DNA of 64,000 nucleotides. Origin: Lingula anatina (lineage: Eukaryota > Animalia > Brachiopoda). Of the stretch, positions 12,977 through 27,499 are shown one piece after another; within the stretch, counting starts at the first letter, position 1, and every line of letters starts with the position of its first letter. The translations under genes and the position numbers were made by a program. The notes under the pieces are model-generated. The model saw only the letters and a list, made by a program, of their open reading frames with translations. It did not search any database and had not been told where the DNA came from. The DNA is taken from positions 51,252,788 to 51,316,787 of the forward strand of contig CM120640.1 in NCBI GenBank assembly GCA_051362555.1, in the 5' to 3' direction.

Positions 12977-15900
12977 GTATGTATGTAATTACTTAGTAAT
13001 TTGGTAAGAGCTTGCTTAATACGAACTTTTGAGAATTTTGTATAAGACAATTACCTATTAGCACATCAGCCCTCTAATTGACCAAGAAAACTTTTTATTG
13101 CAGGCATATCGTGATATGATGTTAATTAGCAGAGATGGACTAACTTTTGTATTAACAAGGACTAATCAGCTGATTTTTGAAAAATGGCTGAAGCTACAGG
13201 ATACTCCAAGAACACAGGTGTGTAGAGATGGATTTATGGATGCATGCAACATGTAAAACTTCATTAGTTAAAAACATGTATATAGGGCCCTAGTAAATTT
13301 GAATTTAAAGGGTTGTCCTTAAAGATGTTGAAATAAAACTGGTGCACAGTCAAAGATTTTCCTACTAAAACCTCTGGATTAATTTTCCTAGTTCAGTTCA
13401 AAAGTGTGTCAAGGTATTTGATAAGAAGTACCAAAAGAAGTGGTTTATGTACTTGACATATATTTAAAACCTTGCGTTTTGTCACTTTAGTTTTGTAAAT
13501 ATTTGTCTGTCCCCATTGAAGAAGGAGAAAGATGATCAGAAGGCATTCTGACCAAGTCAATTTACAGACAAATTTTGTTTCTGTATGTATTAGCATGTGT
13601 TAAGTTCATTTATCAATTTAACTTTGGATACATCTCCTGATTTTAAGTTCACCCTTTTCTGTGTGTTTGTGTATTTCAGATTGTGTGGTTTTGCAAAGAA
13701 CTAGTCAAAAACTCTGTAAATGGAACTGAGAGTGTGTGCAACTCATTATTGAGGCAGATTGCTGGTAAGTGGAACTAATCAAATTATTTTTAAGGCTTCA
13801 GATCTGCATATTTGCATTAGTTTAATTATATTAAATGCATTTCACATTTTGAAGGTCGTGTTTCCTTATACTGTTGCAATGGTTTGTAATCACATTGACA
13901 TTATACTTGACCATTTGATATTTGAATTGTTGTGTACTGATATTATCATTTGATGAACTGATTTTATAAATTCATTCAGGTGGTGATATTTCTCCTAAAA
14001 ATGTCTGGTTGGCTGAGAGTATGTTGGACATGTTTATGGAACATAGGTAGGTACGGAAATTAACATTTTCCATGATAGGAGACAATATCAGGATATTTCT
14101 GAAATGGAATTCTCACATATTGAAAATGAAATTTAGGCACAATAGATAATCTAACCAAATAAATTATCATTCATCAGGTACAATTCCTAGATGTGTTACA
14201 GTTTTAAAATTTGATGCTATAGTCTAATATATACTATTTGCATTTTTTTTTCACTACATCTTTTTTTCTCTCTTTCCTGCATGTAAAGCAATATGATGGA
14301 TGCTTGATTTTGTTCCAGGCCTTGGTTAGACAAAATAGCTGGTCTTCTAGCAACAGTAGTGTACACATATTTAAGGGTTATAGTAGACCATAATGGTGCT
14401 GCCTATGAGAGTTTGAGAAAGAGGGAGGTGGAATTTACAGTCTCTTTATTAAGAGAAAAGGTAAGATGTGTTGAAGTAGGTTCATGGGTTTGGTAATATT
14501 AAGAAGATGGGGAATGTTCTTTAGTCACGAACAGACTGCAGAAGATGTCAGATTTATTTAAAAGTGTATCTGTGAGTATTATAATATATTAAGTTGTGAC
14601 AGAAGAATGCATCCACATTTCAGGTTTCCTTCACTCATTTGTGAAGTGTAGTGAATGTCATTAACATGTTTTTACCCAGTTAAGTCTGTACTCTGCTTGT
14701 CTTCAGTGGATGGAATGTGCTCCTATTGGCCGAGACTTGGTGAGGTTATTACAGAATGTAGCAAGAATACCAGAGTTTTACAAACTTTGGCAAGAGATTC
14801 TCAACAATCCAACTGCCTTGAGTTCACAGTTTACAGGTAAGCATTTTCTTCTATTAGCTTTATCATGATCTGAAAAACAACCTTTTTGTTGCTCAATAGC
14901 CTATATTTTTCTGAAAATTGTACCAAATATGTAAAATTGGTAAACCTTGTATTTAATATAATTTTTCTTGTTATGTACAGACACAGATGTGTCTGTACAT
15001 ATAGCCATCATCTGCGTCTGTCGTCGCCGTCGCCGTCGTCGCTGTCGTCGCCGACGTCGCCGTCGTTGCCGTCGCCGTCGCCGTGCACTTTTACCGATAA
15101 CACGATAAGTGGAAAACCATTTTACCTTTTGACTTGAAACTTGCAGAACTGATGAATATTCATAATACACAGGTCAAGTTCGAAAATCAGCATGATCGGG
15201 TCACTTTTAGGGAATTTATGCTGTTTTTTCACTTTTTTCAGCATATATGCAGCACCGATAACACGATAAGTGGAAAACCATTTTACCTTTTGACTTGAAA
15301 CTTACAGAAATGATGAATATTCATAATACGCAGGTCAAGTTCGAAAATCAGCATGATCGGGTCACTTTTAGGGAATTTATGCTGTTTTTTCACTTTTTTC
15401 AGCATATATGCAGCACCGATAACACGATAAGTGGAAAACCATTTTACCTTTTGACTTGAAACTTACAGAACTGATGAATATTCATAATACGCAGGTCAAG
15501 TTCGAAAATCAGCATGATCGGGTCACTTTTAGGTAATTTATGCTGTTTTTTCACTATTTTCAATATAAATGCAACACTGATAACACAATATAAGAAAAAC
15601 GGATTGGCCAATTGTAATTATACTCACAGGAGTGGTCAATCTTACTAAAACGCAGGTTGAGTTCGAAAATAAGCATAATCGGGCCATTACTTAAGAAGTT
15701 ATACTGTTTTTTCACATTTCCTCAGATTCAATTATTAGGCATGTTAACAGTCTCATTATTTAACTAATAAGATACGTAAAAGTGTTTGTTTGATATTTCC
15801 TGCATCTTTACAACATTGTTAGTTGATTATGTAAAAATGATCGTAAACTTGATATCGTGTATTGTGTAATAAAGTGTCAAAAATGGAAATAAACTCATAT

Positions 15901-18900
15901 CATATCATATTGCAGTTTGTTAGATTCAATCATCAACTATGTTCAGAATCTCAGAATGGAGGAAATTGGACATTTAACACTGTTCTATTGATATTTTTCC
16001 CATCTCATCAATTTTCTTAGTTGGTCATATAAAAATGGAAGTATACTGTTTATTTTGTTTGGTTTAAAAAGTGTTAAAATGGAAATAAACCCATTTCAGA
16101 ACAGTGCTGTCTTTTTTACAGTTTGGCATTTTTATGTACAGACACAGATGTGTCTGTACATATTGCCATCACCTGCGTCTGTCGTCGCCGTCGTCGCCGA
16201 TGCCGATGCCGATGCCGATGGCGATGCCGTCGCCGTGCACTTTCACTGTAAACACGATAAGTGGAACACAGTTTTATTTTTTGGTTTTATATTTACAGAG
16301 CTGATGAATATTCATAAAACGCAGGTCAAGTTCGAAAATCAGCATGATCGGGCCATTATTGTAGAAGTTATGCTGTTTTTTCACTTTTCAGCATATATGC
16401 AACCCTGTAAACACATTTTAAGGAAAACCGTTAGGCCTGTTGTCATGAAACTCAGAGAAGTAATCAATCTTTTTAAAACGCAGGTCAAGTCCGAAAATGG
16501 GCATGATCGGGCCACTATTTTAGTAGTTATGCTGTTTTTTCCTTTTTTCAGCATATGTGCAACACTGTAAACACAATTTAAGAAAAACAGATGGGCCAAT
16601 TGTCATTAAACTCACAGGAGTGGTCAATCTTACTAAAACGCAGGTTGAGTTCGAAAATCAGCATAATCGGGCCATTATTTTAGAAGTTATGCTGTTTTTT
16701 CACATTTCCTCAGATTCAATTCTTAGGCATGTTAACAGTCTTATTATTTTACTAATAAGATACATTAAAGTGTTTGTTTGACATTTCCTGCATCTTTACA
16801 ACATTGTTAGTAGATTATGTAAAAATGATGGTAAACTTGTTATCGTGTATTGTGTAATAAAGTGTCAAAAATGGAAATAAACTCATATCATTGCAGTTTG
16901 TCAGATTCAATCATTCACTATGTTCAGAATCTCAGAATGGAGGAAATTGGACATTTAACACTATTCTATTGATATTTTCCCATCTCATCAATTATCTTAG
17001 TTGATGCTATAAAAATGGCAGTAAACTGTTTATTTTGTTTTATGTTAAAAAAAGTGTTAAAAATGGAAATAAACCCATGTCAGAACAGTGCTGTCTTGTT
17101 TCACATTTCCTCAGATTCAATTCTTAGGCATGTTAACAGTCTTATTATTTAACTAATAAGACATGTAAAAGTGTTTGGTTGACATTTCCTGCATCTTTAC
17201 AACATTATTAGTTGATTATGTAAAAATGATGGTAAACTTGTTATCTTGTATTGTGTAATAAAGTTTCAAAAATGGAAACAAACTCATATCATTGCAGTTT
17301 GTCAGATTTAATCATTCACTATGTTCAGAATCTCAGAATGGAGGAAATTGGACATTTAACACTGTTGTATTGATATTTTTCCCATCTCATCAATTTTCTT
17401 AGTTGATCGTATAAAAATGGCAGTAACCTGTTAATTTTGTTTTATGTTTAAAAAATTGTTAAAAATGGAAAAAAAAAAACATTTCAGAACAGTGCTGTCT
17501 TGTTTACATTTTGGCATTTTCAAGTTGTGACTTTGAAGTTCCATGGGCCTGAAGACCTTTGCTAGTCACATTTTCTGAATATCCATGATACTAATATTTT
17601 ATTATTAGAAATTGATGGTCATTATGCTGTTAAACATTATGTAATATTGCATCAAAATTTGAAAAAAATCTATTTTGGGCACTGCTCCCATGATGAGCAT
17701 TTAAGAAAAACCATGTCACTTACTGTTCTCAAACAGTACAGTAAATATGTACAGATGTGTCTGTACATATTGCCATCACCTGCGTCTGTCGTCGCCGTCG
17801 TCACTGTCGCTGGTGCCGTGCACTTTCATTGTAAACACGATAAGTGGAAGGCAATTTTACTTTTTGACTGTATATTTACAGAGCTGATGAATATTCATAA
17901 AATGCAGATCAAGTTCGAAAATCAGCATGATCGGGCCACTATTTTAGTAGTTATGCTGTTTTTTCATTTTTCAGCATATATGCAACACTGTAAACACAAT
18001 ATAAGAAAAACAGGCCAATTGTCATTAAACTCACAGGAGTGGTCATTCCTGCTAAAACGCAGGTTGAGTTAAAAAAAACAGCATAATCGGGCCATTATTT
18101 TAAAAAAATGCTGTTTTTTCATATTTCCTCAGATTCAATTCTTAGGCATGTTAGCAGTTTCATTATTTAATTAATAAGATACGTAAAAGTGTTTGTTTGG
18201 CATTTCCTGCATCTTTACAACATTATTAGTTGATTATGTAAAAATGATGGTAAACTTGTTATCATGTATTGTGTAATAAAGTTTCAAAAATGGAAATAAA
18301 CTCATATCATTGCAGTTTGTCAGATTCAATCATTCACTATGTTCAGAATCTCAGAATGGAAGAAATTGGACATTTAACACTGCTCTATTGATATTTTCCC
18401 CATCTCATCAATTTTCTTAGTTGATCATATAAAAACGGCAGTAAACTGTTAATTTTGTGTTATGTTAAAAATTATAAAAAATAAAAAAAAAAACATTTCA
18501 GAACAGTGCTGTCTTGTTAACATTTTGGCATTTTCAAGTTGTGACTTGAAGTTCCATGGGCCTGAAGACCTTTGCTAGTCACATTTTCTGAATATCCATA
18601 ATACTAATATTTTATTATTAAAATTGATGGTCATTATGCTGTTAAACATTATGTAATATTGCATCAAAATTTGAAAAAAAGTATTTTGGGCACTGCTGCC
18701 ATGAGGACCATTATGGGAAAATCATGTTACTTATGATTGCCTTACTTTCAATAAAAGAAATACAGGACTTAAATGCAGCCTGAGTTGGAAAAGCAGTCTA
18801 ATTGGCTTCTTTTTCTGGAAGTTATACATATACAAAGTGTGAACTTGTTACACATTTTACTTACATTGGTATTACCTGTTGAGCATAATTAAAATTTGAT

Positions 18901-21900
18901 GTTGAATTTGCAGTTTAACATAATGTACTTTTGCATCAGAATTGACAGTAGCCTATTTTGTGCATAGTTATTTCCTGTTTTTTGTCTGTACATTTGACAG
19001 CTTTGCTGCCTTGTTTTTTTTTTTTAACAGAAGGTGAAAGTAGTGTCATGTTTATTTAAATGATTTCAGATTTATCAGTCAAAATTTGCATGTATAAGAC
19101 AGAAATTTCATTTGCACATGCACACTTAGTAATTCACTTTCTATTACACAGGTATATCTCAGCTGCTAAAAACAAGAACTTCTAGAAAATTTCTTATATC
19201 AAGACTTACCCCTGATATGGAAACAAAGTTGGCTTTTCTGCTTACAAAAGTAAGTGAAGTGTTTAAAGGATGAATTTTTAAGGTATATGATTGCTGGGTA
19301 ATTTTTCCCACTAGTTCCTCCACCTGAGAAACAAGCCTACAAAAAAAAAAAAAAAAAAAATGGGCAGCTGTCTAGTATACCTGCATAAAAATTTGATACT
19401 TTCTTATTGTTGATTTTATCTTCATAGGTAAAATTTGGTAATCAAAAGAGGTACCAGGACTGGTTTCAGAGGCAGTATTTATCTACACCTGAAAGTCAGT
19501 CATTACGTTGTGATCTTATACGTTACATATGTGCTGTGGTTCACCCACCCAATGAGATCCTGCAGTCAGACATCACTCCCAGATGGGCAGTTATAGGCTG
19601 GCTGCTAACTACATGCACAGTAAGTCGTTTTTTATTTGTTGGTTCACCACCAAGAAATGTACATATTCATGTAAATGCTTTTCTTTTTATGACTATTTTG
19701 ATGTAAGAAGTCATATATATATGTAATGAGACTTCAAGTTTCTGCTACTGAATTTTGATATTTTATTTATAAATAAAGGTACTTGCAATAGAATTGCCTG
19801 TTGAAAGTCTGAATCTTATATATATATATTCACTGAAATGTATTCTTTGATTGGGATTTACTTATCAGTGTAAGAATAATAGTTTTGTTGCTGTTTTATT
19901 TTAGTCCAATGTGGCAGCTTCTAATGCAAAATTGTCCCTCTTTTATGACTGGTTGTTTTTTGACCCTGAGAAAGACAGCATAATGAACATAGGTAAGACT
20001 TGAATACTCTTCTGAAAATTTAGAAACAGCAATTGTGATGTACTGAAAAATAACACCCAAGCCAAAGTTTTGAGTAATTTTCTCTAAAACATAAATTAAA
20101 TTTTATCATATAGTTTATGGCAGGAGATGGTTTTTTGTTTCAGAGCCGTGTATTCTTGTGATGTACCACTCCATCAGGCCACACCCTGCAATTACAGCAA
20201 CATTGCTGGACTTCATGTGCAGGGTAAGTTGATATTAGGTTCTCTGGTGTAACATTTAAATGGTACATTTTCTTCGTTATTTAAAATGTTGGCTAAATGT
20301 TTTGTATATATTGTAGTAATATATGCTTTGCTTTAAAAAGTGTATTTGTTGATAGTCATGCTTTTTTTCCAGATCATCCCCAACTTCCACCCTTCACTAG
20401 TAGATCAAGTGAGACAAGGCATTTACAAATCATTGAGGAGCATTTTAGAAAAGCGTGTACTTGCGTATGTATAAGGTGTTCATCATGAAATTGAACAGCA
20501 GAATAGTTGTGCCTTTGTAAATCTTTAATACGGTATGAAGAATTGAGTTTTGGGGTCAGTTCTTTGTTAAAGTTATTTGCCAGTTTAATAAGATGCATCT
20601 TGATGTTAATGCCTATAGACAATTGATTGCCAGAGTATATGACAATACAGCATGGCATTTATCACATTGATCATATTATTTTAGGTCAATATCTCCATTA
20701 TTTGATAATCCAAAGCTAGACAAGGAATTGCGGGCCATGATAAGAGAGCAGTTCACAGAATTTTGTTCTGTGGAAGGTAAACATTTAAATTTTAGTGTGC
20801 AAACATAGAGCAAAAATCTTTCTAGCAAGAGTTTCTATTTTTTCCAAGTGATTTTACAAGTTGTCATACCAGTGAACTCCTTAAGGGCATTGTAAGCCTC
20901 TATTATCATCCAAACACTGAAAATGAAATGTGATTTTTCCTGCATCTAATTATTCAATAATGCGTCTATCTTTGTGCTGATTTAAACAATAAAAATCCCC
21001 TCAAATATATAGAATATCAGTGTTTAAATGTTATGGAGTTATGAGCCCCTAATTAGAGATTTTCATTAAACATTGGCATTATTTTGCTCTATCAAAGATA
21101 AAATCTGAACTAAATATCTTAAGAAAAATTGCAGGCAAGGGTTTGGAGTACTAAAAGGTGTCATTAAATTGGTGTTAAAATAGTGTTCATGGGTGCTCAG
21201 AAATTTGAGAAGCTGATTTTTTCAATTTTTACCCCAAAATCGCAATTATGACATCACCCATAAGATAGCATGTGTAAATTAATACTCTCAACACTGAAGA
21301 TTTATCTGTTATTCGCAAGAATGCATATGTAAGGCAGTAGATAAGGAGTTTTTGGCAAAGGCTAACAATATCCTTAAAGACAACGTCCTAAGTAAATATA
21401 TTAAATGTTATAGTGATGAACTATTTTTTTAGTTCACAAATATATGGTCTTGGTTGGGCCAGATTCATTGATGTTTTATGTGATGACACCACAGTGCAAA
21501 TGATAATTGTATAATTTAACATGTTTTTTGATGTGAATTTCAGTGAAAGAAGAAGTGAACAATGGTAAAGAGGTTGCAGAGAATGATAGCAATCATCATC
21601 CTCGTCTAAACCACTCTGACAGCATTCCTGATGCAGCCTTCAGTGATGAGGAGGATGACATACCATTAGGTAAGCAGCAGTATTTAAAATTCTGATAAAA
21701 TGCTCAAATATCCAAATTGGGTCTTGTTTGTATGGAACACAGTATGTAATTTGAATTTTTAAAAGACTGTAAATATTGTGATGAATGCTTTTAAATTGCA
21801 ACATAATTTGATTGATAGCTTAGTTTTGTTGGTTGATTTAATTTAATATTCATTATTTCCAGGGAAGTTAAGATCTGAAATGAAATTTAGACCAATCAAA

Positions 21901-24900
21901 GAGCCACCCAAATATAAGCCAGTTGATATCACAGACTACATAGATCAGCTGCCAGATGGAGATATGAAAGCTAGTGTATTGGAGTTGCAGAATGAAACGT
22001 AGATATCTATCACTTATTTCACAAATGTTTGGTGGCAAATTCCAGTTAAATGAGGATTGATTTTTAGTGTGTAAATGTCATATTTTTCATTTGTTTTTAG
22101 TTCTGTATCTGTGTTTGAAATTTTTAAGATACTCGCACTTGATTGTACATTTAAAGCAGATTTATCATATCTTAAGATTAAAACTGTAAAAGCAAGAAAA
22201 CACATTTCATTATATGTATTCCTATTTCCAGTGATAATGAAATTCAGTGTGAAGTGATGGAAAAGTTGACGCAGGCTGTCATTCAAGAGGTGAAAAATAA
22301 AACTTGATTGATTGTGAAATGTTGCATTCTTAAATGCTTAGTTTGATAATATGTAAGTCTTATAAGAAATATAATGTTGAAAAAAAAAAACAGTTGGACC
22401 AAATTCCTACCTATGTTTCAGCTATGATATACTTAAAGTTACATATAAAGCAAGATAGGTTCCCTGTAACACATAAAAATCACTAAAAATCCTGCATAAC
22501 ATAAAAAACTACCAGTTTCTAATAGAAATCAAATATGCTAAAGGATAACCCAAATTAATTACTCAGTCAGCCAATAAAAGTTGTTAAAACTGCACCTTTT
22601 TCAAACTTCTGGTCGTAAACTTGACCTATTTATCTGTTCCTCCAGTTCTTAAAAGTCTGCCAAGTAACCTAGTAATGTGTGATGCATTACTGTTGGGCAT
22701 GCAATAGCAAAATTATTCAAATAAAAGTTGGCAGAAATGGCCAAGGGTTATATATAGCACTGAAAAGAAGTAGAAAATATCTGTTCATACATCATATTTT
22801 GGGATGTATTAAGTGATATTCTTTGGCATTTCTTTGTAAGTTATGTAATTTGAAACTATATGGTTGCATTTGATAGGGTTTAGTGGCAATGATTTGACAT
22901 GTCAGCTTGCTACAAATACATTTTTAATATTCTGATTATGATTGCTTAACACTCCTCAGTAGTATTATATAAAACATTTTTTTTTTCTTTCTTTTTGCTA
23001 GGATGACTTTGACCAGGAGGTCGCTATAACTCTGGCCACATGTCTCTGTCAGCTTCTTGTCAATCAACTCAATAACAATCTCTTTCCACAAGTTGTAGAC
23101 GAGGAGTCCGTGGAAGATTCAATAGGATCACCTTTGTTTGTGCTATTTAGGTAAAATACATGATATCATATGATTTTTTAAAAGTTTTACCTGTGGCTAA
23201 GGTTTTCTGTTAGACTTATATTTGCATCACCTTTTATTGTTATGTAGATAAATAGAATCTTGTTCATTATGTCAGTTTTCTTAAATTTACAGAAATTTAT
23301 GTCAAACTCCAGAGGAAGATCCTAGTCGGCAGCCTTTACTTACATTAATTGGTGAAATGTATGCCAAGCAATCTAGAATAGGCTATTATATGCTTTACTA
23401 CTTAAAAGTAGGGTAAGTATCGTATAAGTGTATTTTATTAGTATTACTTTGTCAGAAAATATGCAATAATTCATGAATCATCAGAGCTCTTGCATTGCAT
23501 TTGCTTTGATAAGCACAATGAAAGATTTTATTACTTAAAATCAAATTGTCTTAAGAATACAGTATTATTGTATGTCTGTTTGGCATGTTTCTTGATTATT
23601 TTTCAGGAAAATTGTGGATGACAAGATGTCAACATACAAAGATTTTTGCAAAACTTTAGAAAACAGAGATATTGAGTCCTGTTTAATGACAGACCTAAGA
23701 GTAAGTGCCTTTCATTAAGTTCCCAAATAAATATGAGAACTGTCTCAGTTACAACAACATTTTTTTTCTGTAGGTTAATTAGATTCAATAATTAAAAACA
23801 GGTGTGTGTTTGTCAGCACATGTTCAGTTCCAACATTTTAGCGGGTAGGAGGGGGGTTATCACCTGACAATGAATCACAGTTGTATGTCATTAGTACACT
23901 ACTTTATAACTGTACAAATATTTTAATTATGAGAAGCATTTATATGTTATATTTTGTTAGATGTTCCCTCTAAAATATTATTCTGTTGTTGTAGTTATGT
24001 CAAGAGGATGACGTGCGATTGTTCACCTATCTCATCCCAGACATCTATACTCAGGTAAGACTATTGTTAACAGTCATTATGCATTTGGTCTTTTTAGTTG
24101 ATATACTGTATTATATAACATCATTATAGATATCATGAAAAGGACTAAATGTTACTTTAAAATCTCAAACATTACATATCTATCTTCATTTTAGTTTCCA
24201 AATATTGCAATTGGGAGTGCAGAGCTTCTTCATCTTATTGTGTCTTCCATTGATGGTTCTCAGGTAACTTGATATTACAGAAGATAGCAAAAGATATATA
24301 TTCAGATAACATGCAATGTTTAGTGCTGATGTTGACAGCTAATTCTCTTTAGGGATGTCAGGAAGAAGCCTGGTGTCGTATTTTACAACATTAGAAGAAA
24401 GTTAACTTGTTCTCTCTTAAGATGGAATTGCACTGATTACATTTTGGCCTAAGGCTGAAGTACTAGATGGTATGGAACTGTAAATGTCTGCTTTATATTT
24501 CTGATAAGTAGCTAATATTACCACTTCAACATAACAGGAAACTAACAGGTTTTTGGTTTTACAGCTTCAGGATCTAGTATGTCAAATACTCCAGGGGCAT
24601 CTCATCATGTTCAGGAAAGACTCATTCCTCTCTATTCTAAGTAAGTGAAAAGCAACACAGCAATATATATTTCCATTTCATTTGTGTTCACAGTTTGCCT
24701 TAAGTTTGGCTGCATTTCCAAGTTTTAAGTTTGATATAACAAATTGTCTATTTATAATTATGATGATGATAATTATTGTAACTTTAACTATTATTATTGA
24801 TTTTTGTTAAATAAACACCTGAATATTTTGGTATTTTGGTAATTTAGCAGCAGCAGCTCAATAATTTCTTTCAATTGTACTAAAACCCAATGACTGATTT

Positions 24901-27499
24901 AACACTTTAAAAATCAACATTGCAGATGCCAGTTTAGAATGGGAGACAATAGAGCAATACTTTCTTTGGCAGCTTATTGCAGCACACAACATACCTGTGG
25001 AGCACATCATGCCAATTCTTCCAAAGTTAGAGTTCCAAAGTAAGATTATTTTTGTAAGACACTAACTGCCATTAAGATCCACCTCATCATTTTTAAGAGA
25101 AAGAAATTTATAAATGCTTAAAATATCCTCTTAAAGCACCCTTTCCAGACTCATTAAATTTATCATTTTAGCTCATGCAGAAGCTTTGTCAAGCATCCTT
25201 ATACAGCTGAAGCAGGAATGGTAAGTCCATGAAAAACACTTAGATTTAGATATATGTACCTTAATGTATCGTTTTATTGAGCTCAGTTCATTTACTTTTT
25301 ATGTAAATATACTTAAAATCCAGATGCCCAGACTACAAATATGTTGACAATACTATGGTGTATGACATGTCAGTGGTCCATGCCATCTGCAAAGTGCAGG
25401 TAACGAACTCCTGCATTGGACACAAAATAACAGCATAAAACTGAATGCCACAAATACCAAGAGCATGACCATAAATTTTACACATACACCAGACCTTCCA
25501 CCAATAGTTATTATTGTTATTATTATGTCAGTGGTGATAAAAATATCAGTGAATGCAATGTTAAGTGAAGTGAATGTTTTATGTATTTCAGCCCATCTGC
25601 AGAATTGCTAAGGCCAATATTTTGCCGTGAGTGCAAGAAGCATGACTACTTCTCTGTGTCCATACTTAAATATTGGGCCCAAGAATATGAAGATAAACTG
25701 GCAGATTTGGTGCTTGCTCAAATATCCAAGTCAAATCCATCCACACCAAACAGGAAAAGGCAAAGGTACAGCTTTCAGTCATTTAACGTATAACTTTTTG
25801 TAAAGTTTATACTGCTTTCTTGAGCTATATGAACTGGCTTTTACGTTCAGCATTTGGTTTGGTTTGTTGTATTCTTTTCGGCAAACTGATACATGTATAA
25901 TCTAGTCTGTAAGTGTATTTTCAAGAAAAAATAATTAATTTTTATATTTCCAGAAGTACATCAACAAGTATATCAGCAAACAAAAAGGAGAATCCAACAA
26001 TTGAACAAACTCTGTCTCACTTAGATCACATGAGACAAGTTTGTCGAAATATTTCATGTAAGTGTAAAAATTTTATTAACTACTATAGAGTTCATTAATT
26101 TGATAATTATTCCTTTTCAATAGTGAATTTTAATAGGATTTGTTAAAACTATTACAGATTTAGTGTATTTATATTTATTTTCCAGTCATTACACATGAAT
26201 CAATGCAACAGGCTCTCCAGTATGTTCAGTGTAATTGCACAGATTCAATAAAGATGAAGTAAGTGAATTCCAGTTTCTGTGTATGTGTCATTCAACAGAA
26301 AAAAAGTCTAGGCAAATTTGAATATTTCACCATCTGGCCAAAGGGGCTAAGTACTTAGGATATATGTAATAAACCACCCCACCTCCCACACTTTCTCGAT
26401 GTGTGTCACTTAAAGGGATAATAACTCTGTGTATCAGATCTATATTTCACAATAAAAACATTGTGAATAACTCATGGAAATATAATATGTTTTACCACAA
26501 AAATGGCAGTTATAGCCATTATTCTGATATCTGAGCTTGTCTTTAAACCACGTGACCTCCATTGGTGGCTATACTCTGTTAAAATCTCTTAAGAGATTTT
26601 AAGAAAAAAAACCTTTTTAGAAGAAAAACAGGGACTAACTTTGAATGTAAAAATGGATTCATTAACCATTGGTAAGTATGGGAAAATTGTTGTTTACTCC
26701 AGGAAAATTCATTTTTTGGCCGAAAAGAAGGGTAATTATCCCTTTAACTCCCCAAGTCTATCAGTGGTCATGTTGTGCTGAACAACATCAAGGCATATTG
26801 CATGTCTAATGCCAGATTATTATTCACATTTTCACTGAATTTAGCCTGAAGAAGTATGGCAAATTATTGGCCTTGGCACTCAGGGCCAATCTGGGGGATT
26901 CACCCCTCTCACACCACTTCCCTTCTCTGATTATGTGGATCTGCCAGTGGGTGTTATTTTGCATGTTCAATATGTAAAGTTTAGTGTTTAGTGCCAGATC
27001 ATTTAAATGGCACATGAACTACAGCCAGTCTTTATATTTCAGGTATGGTGATTTATTAGCCTTAGCAGAAGATTTTGAAGATGTAAAAACCACACGTGTT
27101 CTCAGAGGACGAACTAAAGCTAATACTAGTCCCAAACCAACTGCCAGCAAGCAGAAGAAATCACCAGCCCAAGCACCAAGTGATAGCTCTTCAGAGAGTA
27201 GCGAGGTCAGAATTTTCTTTTGAATTATAAATCAGATCAACAATAGAACTAGGATGTTCTTTAATTCTTATTTCAGATTTAAGTTCTAATCTCCCAGATT
27301 AGTTAAACAGTGGTCTAACAACATATAAATACTTTTAAATGCTTGGCCAAAAAATGAAGTGACTTTACTAAATATCATCTAGATAAACCAACATCTTATT
27401 TATAAATTTTTTGCTAATTTACAGGATGAAATTGTCAAACCAAAAACGAAGAAGAGGAAGCGAGGAGCAACGCCACTTGATGAAGATGAAGATGATTGA
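10495..27499 (+). CDS. INTS3: Integrator complex subunit 3 (SOSS-A), about 30 coding exons
   Basis: 10495-10569 [25 protein letters not shown]; 11682-11765 [19 protein letters not shown]; 12737-12820 [17 protein letters not shown]; 14707-14836 [18 protein letters not shown]; 19428-19619 [45 protein letters not shown]; ~24926 [15 protein letters not shown]; last exon 27425-27499 [15 protein letters not shown]. Confidence 0.96.
11794..12573 (+). repeat. Inserted copy of 8362-8994 flanked by a perfect 63-bp direct repeat
   Basis: TACAGAAAGAAAATGTGAAATAATAAG...AAAAATTGAGTT occurs at 11794-11856 and again at 12511-12573. Confidence 0.93.
12903..12986. repeat. (TA)n microsatellite grading into (TATG)n
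   Basis: Seen directly. Confidence 0.95.
14973..19014 (+). mobile_element. Composite Helentron-type non-autonomous element (HINE family 1) with a 161-bp internal tandem repeat, in an INTS3 intron
   Basis: 5' palindrome TGTACAGACACAGATGTGTCTGTACA, then a (GTC/GCC)n tract. CACGATAAGTGGAAA recurs at 15101, 15262 and 15423 (period 161). The 3' end has subterminal inverted repeat TGTCTGTACA, hairpin GACAGCTTTGCTGCC and TTGT, inserted in T-rich DNA. The 5' module restarts at ~16135 and ~17750. Confidence 0.8.
20881..21377. mobile_element. Non-autonomous DNA transposon with TTAA target duplication (Kolobok-like)
   Basis: TTAA-GGGCATTGTAAGCCT ... AGGCTAACAATATCC-TTAA imperfect TIRs. Confidence 0.65.
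26410..26747. mobile_element. Kolobok-like MITE, copy 1 (copy 2 at 32461-32803)
   Basis: TTAA-AGGGATAAT ... ATTATCCCT-TTAA. Internal sequence such as CAGGGACTAACTTTGAATGTA is shared with 32461-32803. Confidence 0.8.

Noticed and set aside
14886-18072. ORFs with poly-Arg, poly-Ser/Pro or HDRA..VMLFFHF repeats (also at 41439-44681)
   Set aside because: They are translations of the HINE microsatellite and 161-bp units in several frames, with no consistent frame or splice structure.
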